42,537 nucleotides of DNA from a virus. The notes under the pieces were generated by a model. It was not told where the DNA came from. It saw only the letters and a program-made list of their open reading frames with translations, and did not search any database. The stretch lies in UHGV virus genome UHGV-0420230, one strand, 5' to 3'. Shown here piece after piece: positions 28,711-36,399 of the stretch (position 1 is the stretch's first letter; the number at the start of each line of letters is the position of its first letter). Made by a program: the position numbers and the translations under genes.

Positions 28711-29073
28711 TTAATGACCTGCTGCGCGGAGTTTTCCGTCAGGTTCACCGGCAAGAGTCAGTAATTGTCCCTGGTCTTCCTGCAGAATAGTCAGGCGACC
28801 ACCGCGATTGACATACATCGGCGTTTCGGTGGTGTCTTCTTCGGAAATTTTCCCGCGGTTAGTCGGGCGAACATATGAGAGTTTGTGTTTGATTTTCACA
28901 CGGTTCTCATCAAATGGTTCGATTTCCAGGTTGAGTGAGACCTTCCCTTTGGTTTTCGTGTTCATCACACCGGAAGCGACTTCACTGAGAACTGCGCCGA
29001 TTTTGGTTTCAAATACGCCGCCGTCCAGCTCCCCGATAAATGCCTGCACATCAGTACTGCGTTCGCTAGCCAT
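28711..29073 (-). CDS. hypothetical protein, YfdP-like
   Basis: GAGGAG sits 7 nt before the internal ATG (MASERS...), giving a 120-aa product; the track start at 29091 would place the RBS inside the coding sequence. Confidence 0.55.
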   Translation of the reverse strand: MASERSTDVQAFIGELDGGVFETKIGAVLSEVASGVMNTKTKGKVSLNLEIEPFDENRVKIKHKLSYVRPTNRGKISEEDTTETPMYVNRGGRLTILQEDQGQLLTLAGEPDGKLRAAGH

Positions 29074-29091
29074 TTTGCTGCTCCTCATCAT

Positions 29092-29510
29092 ATCGACCCT
29101 GCAAGGTCGGTTGGTTTATCCACAAAACAGAGAAGAACACCTGCGGTGGCTGCCGCCCGGATGGATTGGGTTATGAGCCCGTCGTCCGGTGATGCTCTTC
29201 TCTGTTTTGTAAAAAGGACGGTACCAGCCGGAAGCAATGGTACAAGCTGGTACCGCCAGGACTACACACAGCATAAAGTTGTGGTGCCGGGTGCCTCCCG
29301 GTGCCTGGCGAAGGTTGCACACCAGGCGGGTGGGTATCCACAGAAGGTCGACTGTCAGCCTCAACCTTAACCCGCGTGCGCTGAGCCGCATTCACCACAA
29401 CGCTAAGGATTCTCTCTGGTTGAAAATACTTAGCTGTTATGTGCCTGTCTTTTCACCACTTCAGGCTCGGTGGTATCCTTTTAAGTCCGTATACATAAAA
29501 GGAAAATCAA
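29092..29510. other. GC-rich structured non-coding region
   Basis: About 420 bp without an RBS-led ORF, short ORFs overlapping in several frames; 14-bp perfect inverted repeat 29122-29135 / 29187-29200 and 9-bp perfect inverted repeat 29220-29228 / 29246-29254. Confidence 0.4.
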
Positions 29511-29756
29511 ATGACTTTTGATGAAAAAGAACTTGATAATGCAATTAATAAAATCATCGTAACGTCGCTCTTTTCCTGTCTCAGCGACACTCAGCAGAAA
29601 CAGTTCTACGAATCGGCTTTCAACATGATCGAGCGTTGTTGTTTCTGCGATGCCGACGAGCTACCTGAAAAAATCAGGAAACAGTTGGCTGATGCTCTTC
29701 GAGTGCGACTTTCTGACCAATTTTCTGAAATGTACTCTCCGAATTTGGACAAATAG
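29511..29756 (+). CDS. hypothetical protein (plus-strand gene embedded in the leftward operon)
   Basis: 81 aa; AAGGA RBS 8 nt upstream; hairpin just after the stop. Confidence 0.45.
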   Translation: MTFDEKELDNAINKIIVTSLFSCLSDTQQKQFYESAFNMIERCCFCDADELPEKIRKQLADALRVRLSDQFSEMYSPNLDK

Positions 29757-29949
29757 AAAAAGGCCATTTCCATTCAGGGTCTGATGGAAATACTTCAGCC
29801 TGTTCCAAAGCACGGCGTAAAGAGAATACAACTCCAGCCATAATCTGATGTTTCCCATTGGTCCAGCTATCGCCGCTCTGATCTACAGGAGCGGCTATGT
29901 CGTATGACCAAACGACTTCACCACTATTGTTTAAAATCTGGACTTTCAT
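29674..29949 (-). pseudogene. duplicated 5' copy (first 59 codons) of the downstream zinc-finger gene with a different, possibly non-functional C-terminus
   Basis: Start, RBS and 59 codons lie within the 198-bp perfect repeat; the divergent C-terminal 32 codons overlap the convergent plus-strand ORF. Confidence 0.35.
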
Positions 29950-29970
29950 TTTGTTCTTTAACCTCCAGAT
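29773..29970. repeat. 198-bp perfect direct repeat, copy 1
   Basis: Identical to 30162-30359 (offset 389 bp), verified base by base. Confidence 0.9.
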
Positions 29971-30338
29971 TTCCGCGCATCTAAAGGCGCATTCTCATTT
30001 GGTGTGAACTGAATAGTTGTGCTGATATTGATTAATGCCTCGACACTCAAGACTACGCACTCAGAGCAGATAGCAACTTCATCTTTTCCGCCTTTGGCGA
30101 TGATTTTTTTTGCCTGCAGCTCGTTTGCGCCACAAAACGAGCATGTGAAATAACGGTTCATTTCAGGGTCTGATGGAAATACTTCAGCCTGTTCCAAAGC
30201 ACGGCGTAAAGAGAATACAACTCCAGCCATAATCTGATGTTTCCCATTGGTCCAGCTATCGCCGCTCTGATCTACAGGAGCGGCTATGTCGTATGACCAA
30301 ACGACTTCACCACTATTGTTTAAAATCTGGACTTTCAT
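29958..30338 (-). CDS. protein with C-terminal ClpX-type C4 zinc finger
   Basis: FTCSFCGANELQAKKIIAKGGKDEVAICSECV resembles the ClpX N-terminal zinc-binding domain; GGAGG RBS; first gene after pL. Confidence 0.65.
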   Translation of the reverse strand: MKVQILNNSGEVVWSYDIAAPVDQSGDSWTNGKHQIMAGVVFSLRRALEQAEVFPSDPEMNRYFTCSFCGANELQAKKIIAKGGKDEVAICSECVVLSVEALINISTTIQFTPNENAPLDARKSGG

Positions 30339-30359
30339 TTTGTTCTTTAACCTCCAGAT
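30162..30359. repeat. 198-bp perfect direct repeat, copy 2
   Basis: Identical to 29773-29970. Confidence 0.9.
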
Positions 30360-30456
30360 ACGGGCGTTTAATGGCCCCGCCGAACAGCTCTTTTCCGCAA
30401 TAGCTGCAATGTCTTTCGCGCATCAGCCTGCGCATTCACCACAACTCTAAAAACAA

Positions 30457-30509
30457 ATGTAGGATATCCAACATGTGAGTGTCAAGAGTTTATGTTGGTT
30501 ATCATACAT
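30457..30509 (-). promoter_or_regulatory. OL-type operator sites and leftward early promoter (pL-like)
   Basis: 18-bp palindromes ATGTAGGATATCCAACAT (30457-30474) and ATGTTGGTTATCATACAT (30492-30509); minus-strand TTGACA (plus 30480-30485) with 17-bp spacer. Confidence 0.55.
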
Positions 30510-30523
30510 AAAAAGATAGGCTC

Positions 30524-30551
30524 ATAAAAAAACCGGGGATACCCCGGTTTT
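30524..30551 (-). terminator. rho-independent terminator downstream of the repressor gene
   Basis: Hairpin AACCGGGG-ATA-CCCCGGTT with a 7-T run on the minus strand. Confidence 0.7.
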
Positions 30552-30571
30552 GCGATAGTGAGGAAGATGTG

Positions 30572-31225
30572 TCAAAAATCCATTATTACTTGTTTGACAA
30601 GACCAACTATTCTGCAGTTCTCACCGCATTCAATAGTTTTATAGTTAGGATTTAGTGGGACGAGATACCTGTTCGGCCAGTCCTCAACAAATTTTTTGAG
30701 TGTCGCTTCTTGCCCACCATTGATATGGGCAACAACGATTTTTCCGTTAATACACTCTGTATCAATAATATCTGGCTCTACGATAACGATAGAACCTTCT
30801 GGTATCGATGGTGAGCCGAGGGGATTGGTCATTGAATCACCACGGACCCGTAGTGCAAATGCCATTTCTGATACAAGGGCGGTAGTATAAACCCACTCTT
30901 CAGCATCTTCTTTCCTGACACCAGGCTCCGTCATTGTCCATGAACCCGCCTGAACCCACGAGATGAGGGGGACTTTTTTAACTGCGAATATTTCAGGTTT
31001 TAGATTTATCTTTGGTTCAGGCGAGCCTTTTCCGCTAACAAGCCACAGAGGATCGCATTTAAGTGCGTTGGCTAGGGCTTGAAGGTTGGCTCCATTTGGT
31101 TGGTAGTCGTCCTTTTCCCATCCAGTAACCGTGACACGGTTCACACCAGTCAAATCAGCCAGTGCTTGTTGTGTCAGGTTCAGTTCTTTTCGCCTTTGGC
31201 GAATACGATCACTCATGTTCATCAT
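30572..31225 (-). CDS. CI-like repressor (HTH plus S24 LexA-like peptidase domain)
   Basis: N-terminal HTH (LTQQALADLTGVNRVTVTGWE); C-terminal RGDSM...K motif of self-cleaving repressors; divergent from the Cro-like gene. Confidence 0.85.
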   Translation of the reverse strand: MMNMSDRIRQRRKELNLTQQALADLTGVNRVTVTGWEKDDYQPNGANLQALANALKCDPLWLVSGKGSPEPKINLKPEIFAVKKVPLISWVQAGSWTMTEPGVRKEDAEEWVYTTALVSEMAFALRVRGDSMTNPLGSPSIPEGSIVIVEPDIIDTECINGKIVVAHINGGQEATLKKFVEDWPNRYLVPLNPNYKTIECGENCRIVGLVKQVIMDF

Positions 31226-31288
31226 GTAGGCAATCCTACCACATGCCCATGTAGGATTCTTGACATTGGTATGTTGGATATCCTACAT
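31224..31288 (+). promoter_or_regulatory. OR-type tripartite operator with rightward early promoter (pR-like)
   Basis: Three related palindromes at 31224-31241, 31248-31265 and 31271-31288 (the last exactly the reverse complement of OL1), spaced 23-24 bp; TTGACA 31260-31265. Confidence 0.6.
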
Positions 31289-31320
31289 TTCTGCTTAACG
31301 TAATTTAACGGGAGACAGAA

Positions 31321-31518
31321 ATGCGGAAATCCGACGTGATTAATTATTTCGGCGGAGTTTGTAAAACCGCCGAAGCCCTAGGTATTAAGCATCCGTCTGT
31401 TTCAGAGTGGCCTGAGATTATTCCTGAAGGCCGAGCGTACCAGTTAGAAAAAATTACTAACGGGAAACTGAAAGTTGACGTGTCTTTATATCAAAAGACT
31501 AACAGTGCTGCGGCATAA
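31321..31518 (+). CDS. Cro-like regulator
   Basis: 65 aa small HTH protein divergent from the repressor; GGGAGA RBS. Confidence 0.7.
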   Translation: MRKSDVINYFGGVCKTAEALGIKHPSVSEWPEIIPEGRAYQLEKITNGKLKVDVSLYQKTNSAAA

Positions 31519-31545
31519 AAACACCACAGAAATGAGGAATTAACC

Positions 31546-32130
31546 GTGGGTAAAGAACCTGAATGGAAAGTTGATAAACAACCAGCATGGCTGGTGGCAG
31601 CAATACGAAGAACGATTGCTGATTTACCTCATGGCTATGAGGAAGCAGCAGAAATTCTTGGTTTGTATAAATCTGATGATATCACCCCAGCAAAAGATCA
31701 ATTGCATAACAGACTGCGTAGCGGTGGGGATCAAATTTTTCCACTTGAGTGGGCCATGGTTTTACAGGATGCCAGTGGTACCAGGCATGTAACAGATGCA
31801 ATAGCCCGTCGTAGTAATGGGGTGTTTGTGCCGCTGGTGGTCATTGATGACATTGACAATGGTGACATTAATCAGCGGCTGATGGAGTCAATAGAATGGA
31901 TTGGCAAGCATTCCCGGTACTTACGCAAGGCAACTGCTGATGGAGTTATTGACCAAGCTGAGCGTGAGCAAATCGAAGAGAACAGCTACCAAGTAATGGC
32001 GAAGTGGCAGGAGCATTTAACACTGTTATTTCGTGTTTTTTGTGCGCCGGAAAAGAGTAACGCCCGCGAGTGTGCAGCTCCGGGCGTCGTGGCGTCGATT
32101 GCTTCTGGTTGTGGAGAAACTAACGCATGA
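31546..32130 (+). CDS. YmfL/CII-like early regulatory protein (hypothetical)
   Basis: 194 aa following Cro; GTG start with GAGGAA RBS; assignment by position and size only. Confidence 0.5.
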   Translation: MGKEPEWKVDKQPAWLVAAIRRTIADLPHGYEEAAEILGLYKSDDITPAKDQLHNRLRSGGDQIFPLEWAMVLQDASGTRHVTDAIARRSNGVFVPLVVIDDIDNGDINQRLMESIEWIGKHSRYLRKATADGVIDQAEREQIEENSYQVMAKWQEHLTLLFRVFCAPEKSNARECAAPGVVASIASGCGETNA

Positions 32131-32465
32131 ACAGTTTAACAACACACTACCGTCGCTCGCAACTGATTGCGCTTCCTGTACCGGGTGGAAAAGCGAAGGT
32201 GGAGTATTGCTATGCAGTGAATGTACCAGGTGACAGGGAAATTGTAACCCACAGCTTTGCAGAGTGGGCTGTGGGTGATTTCAACCGGCAGAAGGAGACA
32301 GTCCTTTGCAACAAGTTAACCGCTGGTTCAAAGATCACTACGGAGTGCCCGTCAGAGTCATTCGTTGGGAGCCGGAAACACAACGGGTTATCTACCTCCG
32401 TGAAGGCTATGAACATGAATGCTTCAGTCCGCTCGAACAGTTTCGTCGTAAATTCAGGGAAATAG
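32127..32465 (+). CDS. hypothetical protein (YmfM-like by size and position)
   Basis: 112 aa; ATGA overlap with upstream gene; 3' half overlaps an alternative frame. Confidence 0.4.
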   Translation: MNSLTTHYRRSQLIALPVPGGKAKVEYCYAVNVPGDREIVTHSFAEWAVGDFNRQKETVLCNKLTAGSKITTECPSESFVGSRKHNGLSTSVKAMNMNASVRSNSFVVNSGK

Positions 32466-32497
32466 AGGTCGGTCATGAGCAAACCAGTAATGATTGA
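32306..32497 (+). CDS. hypothetical protein, TTG start (alternative overlapping frame)
   Basis: AGGAG at 32293-32297 precedes TTG 32306; product more protein-like than the overlapping frame; stop overlaps the Rha start. Confidence 0.4.
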   Translation: MQQVNRWFKDHYGVPVRVIRWEPETQRVIYLREGYEHECFSPLEQFRRKFREIEVGHEQTSND

Positions 32498-33317
32498 TTC
32501 TGATAATTCTGAGCGTTATATTGTTCTGGCAGCGGCAAAATCCGTTGCCGGGATTGGCGTCCCGGAATTTTCCACAGCGCACAACCGCGCTAAAGCGGTT
32601 TTTTTGTGTGCAATGCACGGCTACATCCAGATTATGGTGGGCCGGGCAGGGGCATCGAAAGATGCGCCGGTATCTGTGGAAGCCGGTTACGCCAACCCTG
32701 TTCGGTTCACCACCAGTCAGATTGGCGTCTGTGGTGGTGATTGTCCAAATCATTCCACAGGGGCTGTCGTGATGACTACTATCCCAACCCTCGCACAACC
32801 TGAAATTACGGTTATCAACGGCCTGGCCGTTACTTCTTCCCTAGCTATTGCCGACTACTTCGCCAAGCGTCATGACGATGTACTGAAAAAGATCCGCACG
32901 CTTGAATGCTCAGCATCATTCACTGCCCGCAATTTTTCGGTGAGTGATTACACTGATTGCACAGGTCGCAAACTTCCTTGCTACCAAATCACACGCGACG
33001 GTTTTGCGTTTCTTGCTATGGGTTTCACGGGTAAACGTGCTGCCCAGTTCAAAGAGGCATACATCAATGCCTTTAACCAGATGGAGAAACAGCTTTCAAA
33101 GCCCTCTGTACCGAGCGACGTTGCACATAACGCCAGCGTTCTCTGTTCCTACATTTCATCAATTCATCAGGTCTGGTTGCAGCAGCTTTATCCCATGCTG
33201 GAAAAAGCTGAATCACCGCTGGCTGTAAGTCTGTATGACCGAATTAACGATGCGGCATTTCTTGCCCGTCTTATTCATTCGTCGCTGAACTCTTCAGAGG
33301 TAAGGGGGCGCAAATGA
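32475..33317 (+). CDS. Rha-family phage regulatory protein
   Basis: ITVINGLAVTSSLAIADYFAKRHDDVLKKIRTL...ITRDGFAFLAMGFTGKRAAQFKEAYINAFNQME resembles the Rha domain. Confidence 0.7.
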   Translation: MSKPVMIDSDNSERYIVLAAAKSVAGIGVPEFSTAHNRAKAVFLCAMHGYIQIMVGRAGASKDAPVSVEAGYANPVRFTTSQIGVCGGDCPNHSTGAVVMTTIPTLAQPEITVINGLAVTSSLAIADYFAKRHDDVLKKIRTLECSASFTARNFSVSDYTDCTGRKLPCYQITRDGFAFLAMGFTGKRAAQFKEAYINAFNQMEKQLSKPSVPSDVAHNASVLCSYISSIHQVWLQQLYPMLEKAESPLAVSLYDRINDAAFLARLIHSSLNSSEVRGRK

Positions 33318-33538
33318 TCCGGAATATTTTCAAACGATTTACCAATCAGACTTTCCGTTGTCCTCGCCCCGGTCAGTGGTACACCACGCCTGCAGGGCAT
33401 GTTCTACGTGTTAGCCTGGTTGACCGTGAATGCCAGAAGGTGATTTGTGAACCGCTGGGCCGTAATTACCGCGTCAGTATGCCGCTTATAGCCTTTCGCT
33501 CCGGAAAAAACATGAAGCATCTCGGAGGTGCGGCATGA
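33314..33538 (+). CDS. hypothetical protein
   Basis: 74-aa ORF with overlapping start and stop codons in the early-right operon. Confidence 0.45.
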   Translation: MIRNIFKRFTNQTFRCPRPGQWYTTPAGHVLRVSLVDRECQKVICEPLGRNYRVSMPLIAFRSGKNMKHLGGAA

Positions 33539-34527
33539 GCCTGTTAATGACATCCCAGCCCATTGTGATAAATCGTGATCTTGCATGCCGTATTGGTCTG
33601 AATGAGGCAATTGTGTTGCAGCAGCTTCATTACTGGCTGAATGAAACGAATTCAGGCACTGAGCATGGCGGAATTCGCTGGGTTTATAACACGACAGAAC
33701 AGTGGCTGGAGCAGTTTCCGTTCTGGTCAGAGTCCACTCTGAAACGCACATTTGCAAGCCTGAAATCACTTGGGGTTTTGCGTCGCGAGAAACTCAATAA
33801 ATCGAAGCGTGACATGACCAACTTCTACACGATCAACTATGAAAGTGAGCTTTTAGAAGAGGTCAAAGTGAACGAATCCATCAGGTCAAAATGCACCTCT
33901 CCATCGGGTCAAAGTGACCTGATGGATGAGCGCAAAATGACACGATCCATTGGTTCAAAACGACACGCTGTCATCGGGTCAAAATGGCCCAATGATCTTA
34001 CAGAGAATACAACAGAGATTACTACAGAGAATAAAACCTCTTCTCGTCCGGACGCTTCGCAACCGGACACGCAGATGGCTGAACAGGATTTTTTAACTCG
34101 CCATCCTGATGCGGTTGTATTCAGCCCTAAAAAGCGCCAGTGGGGAACGCAGGATGATTTGACCTGCGCACAGTGGCTCTGGAAAAAAATCATCGCTCTG
34201 TACGAGCAGGCCGCCGAATGTGACGGCGAAGTGGTACGTCCTAAAGAACCGAACTGGACAGCCTGGGCAAACGAAATTCGCCTGATGTGTGTACAGGATG
34301 GGCGTACTCACAAACAAATCTGCGAGATGTACAGCCGCGTCAGCCGCGATCCGTTCTGGTGCCGTAACGTGCTCAGCCCGTCGAAGCTGCGGGAAAAATG
34401 GGATGAGCTTTCCCTGCGCTTATCGCCGTCCGTCAGCACGTACACAGAAAAACGCGAAGACCCGTACTTCAAAGCCAGTTACGACAATGTGGACTACAGC
34501 CAGATCCCGGCAGGATTCAGGGGGTGA
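33535..34527 (+). CDS. replication initiation protein (O-like, with DnaT-like C-terminal domain)
   Basis: 330 aa; N-terminal winged-helix-like region, C-terminal ...NWTAWANEIRLMCVQDGRTHKQICEMYSRVSRDPFW...; iterons embedded in the gene. Confidence 0.7.
   Translation: MSLLMTSQPIVINRDLACRIGLNEAIVLQQLHYWLNETNSGTEHGGIRWVYNTTEQWLEQFPFWSESTLKRTFASLKSLGVLRREKLNKSKRDMTNFYTINYESELLEEVKVNESIRSKCTSPSGQSDLMDERKMTRSIGSKRHAVIGSKWPNDLTENTTEITTENKTSSRPDASQPDTQMAEQDFLTRHPDAVVFSPKKRQWGTQDDLTCAQWLWKKIIALYEQAAECDGEVVRPKEPNWTAWANEIRLMCVQDGRTHKQICEMYSRVSRDPFWCRNVLSPSKLREKWDELSLRLSPSVSTYTEKREDPYFKASYDNVDYSQIPAGFRG
33855..33990. repeat. origin iterons inside the replication initiator gene
   Basis: Five copies of GGTCAAA(A/G)TG-like core (33861, 33884, 33907, 33952, 33977) spaced about 23 bp, several preceded by TCCATC. 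Confidence 0.6.
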
Positions 34528-34529
34528 TC

Positions 34530-35018
34530 ATGAGTCTTTTGAATGACGTTCAGAAATTCATTGAAGCCCATCCGGGCTGTACTTCCGGAGACATTGCGGA
34601 TGCTTTTGCAGGTTACTCACGGCAGCGCGTTCTGCAGTCAGCAAGCAAGTTACGTCAGAGTGGGCGTGTGGCTCACCGTTGTGAAGGAGATACACACAGA
34701 CATTTCCAGCGCCTGACTGAGAGAGCGCAGGATCCGGAACCACAACCAGTTCGTGAAACCAGACCTGTGCGCAATTTCTATGTCGGCACTAACGACCCGC
34801 GGGTGATTTTGTGCCTGACCCGCCAGGCGGAAGAACTGGAGTCCAGGGGCTTATACCGTCGTGCTGCAACGGTGTGGATGGCGGCATTCCGTGAAAGCCA
34901 CTCCCAGCCAGAACGAAACAATTTTCTGGCGCGTCGTGAGCGGTGCTTACGGAAAAGCAGCAAGCGCGCTGCATCGGGTGAAGAGTGGTATCTGTCAGGG
35001 AATTACGTGGGGGCTTAA
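34530..35018 (+). CDS. PerC-family-like transcriptional regulator
   Basis: ...AEELESRGLYRRAATVWMAAF...RRERC resembles PerC-type regulators; ATG 34530 follows GGGGGTGA. Confidence 0.55.
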   Translation: MSLLNDVQKFIEAHPGCTSGDIADAFAGYSRQRVLQSASKLRQSGRVAHRCEGDTHRHFQRLTERAQDPEPQPVRETRPVRNFYVGTNDPRVILCLTRQAEELESRGLYRRAATVWMAAFRESHSQPERNNFLARRERCLRKSSKRAASGEEWYLSGNYVGA

Positions 35019-35671
35019 TGAGTAATAAATATTGCCAGGCGCTGGTGGAACTGCGGAACAAACCAGCCCATGAACTGAAGGACGTGGGCGATCAGTGGCG
35101 CACGCCGGACAACATTTTCTGGGGAATTAACACCCTGTTTGGCCCGTTTGTTCTGGATCTGTTCACTGACGGTGATAACGCCAAATGTGCTGCGTATTAC
35201 ACGGCGGAAGACAACGCGCTGGCGCATGACTGGTCAGAACGTCTTGCGGAGCTTAAAGGTGCTGCCTTTGGTAATCCCCCATACAGCCGCGCCAGTCAGC
35301 ATGAGGGGCAATACATCACCGGCATGCGTTACATCATGAAGCATGCCAGTGCCATGCGTGATAAGGGCGGGCGCTATGTTTTCCTGATCAAAGCTGCCAC
35401 CAGCGAAGTGTGGTGGCCGGAAGATGCAGATCATATTGCTTTTATTCGCGGGCGTATTGGTTTTGAACTGCCTGTCTGGTTTATCCCGAAAGACGAGAAG
35501 CAGGTACCGACAGGCGCTTTCTTCGCTGGTGCTATTGCTGTTTTCGACAAGACCTGGAAGGGACCGGCAATCAGCTACATCGGGCGCGATGAACTTGAGG
35601 CATGTGGTGAGGCCTTTCTGGCGCAGGTTCGCCAGCAGGCGGAAAAACTGGTCAGGGAGATGGCGGCATGA
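35018..35671 (+). CDS. DNA N6-adenine methyltransferase (phage Dam-like)
   Basis: ...GAAFGNPPYSRA... motif; start overlaps the upstream stop (TAATG). Confidence 0.8.
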   Translation: MSNKYCQALVELRNKPAHELKDVGDQWRTPDNIFWGINTLFGPFVLDLFTDGDNAKCAAYYTAEDNALAHDWSERLAELKGAAFGNPPYSRASQHEGQYITGMRYIMKHASAMRDKGGRYVFLIKAATSEVWWPEDADHIAFIRGRIGFELPVWFIPKDEKQVPTGAFFAGAIAVFDKTWKGPAISYIGRDELEACGEAFLAQVRQQAEKLVREMAA

Positions 35672-35994
35672 CGACGTTAACTCAATGCCAGCAGCAGGTG
35701 CTGGATATGCTGATTTCTTACCAGAAAGAACGTGGCTTCCCGCCAACCAATCAGGAGGTGGCAACCATGCTGGGATACCGTTCGGTGAATGCAGCGGTGG
35801 AGCATCTTCGCGCACTGGAGAAAAAAGGCGTCATCACGATAAAGCGTGGCGTGGCCCGGGGGATAACGCTTCATACCGCGATGAAGGACGACGACAGCGA
35901 GGCGGTCGGGATTATCCGCTCACTGCTTGCCGGTGAGGAAAACGCCAGGCTGCGTGCAGCCCACTGGTTACATGAGAGGGGCCTGAAAGTATGA
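35668..35994 (+). CDS. LexA-like DNA-binding domain protein (no peptidase domain)
   Basis: LTQCQQQVLDMLISYQKERGFPPTNQEVATMLGYRSVNAAVEHLRALEKKGVITIKRGVARGITL aligns closely with the E. coli LexA N-terminal domain; ends at 108 aa. Confidence 0.75.
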   Translation: MTTLTQCQQQVLDMLISYQKERGFPPTNQEVATMLGYRSVNAAVEHLRALEKKGVITIKRGVARGITLHTAMKDDDSEAVGIIRSLLAGEENARLRAAHWLHERGLKV

Positions 35995-36380
35995 AGCTGA
36001 TCCTGCCTTTTCCGCCCAGCGTGAACACGTACTGGCGACACCCCAACAAAGGGGCGTTTGCTGGTAAGAGCCTGATAAGCGCGGCGGGGCGAAAATTCCA
36101 GAGCGCGGCGTGCGCTGCAATAGTTGAGCAGTTACGTCGTCTGCCGAAACCAACGTCGGCACCTGCTTCAGTGGAGATCGTGTTGTTTCCTCCGGATAAC
36201 CGGATCCGCGATCTGGACAACTATAACAAGGCGCTGTTTGACGCCCTGACCCACGCGGGGGTGTGGGAAGACGACAGTCAGGTGAAAAGAATGCTGGTGG
36301 AGTGGGGACCGGTTATCCCGGAAGGGAAGGTCGAGATCACTATCAGTAAGTACGAGAAAACGGCGGGTGCAGCTGCCTGA
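35991..36380 (+). CDS. rusA: RusA-family Holliday junction resolvase
   Basis: 129 aa, ...DLDNYNKALFDALTHAGVWEDDSQV... typical RusA motif. Confidence 0.85.
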   Translation: MKLILPFPPSVNTYWRHPNKGAFAGKSLISAAGRKFQSAACAAIVEQLRRLPKPTSAPASVEIVLFPPDNRIRDLDNYNKALFDALTHAGVWEDDSQVKRMLVEWGPVIPEGKVEITISKYEKTAGAAA

Positions 36381-36399
36381 TTAAGAGGAGAAACGAAGT

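Noticed and set aside
29116-29398. Several 74-94-aa ORFs on both strands within the GC-rich block
   Set aside because: Mutually overlapping in multiple frames without RBSs; treated as non-coding structured DNA (reported as a finding instead).
35234-35936. 193-aa minus-strand and 170-aa plus-strand ORFs overlapping the Dam and LexA-DBD genes
   Set aside because: Alternative frames of GC-rich coding sequence; the annotated frames have clear family signatures.
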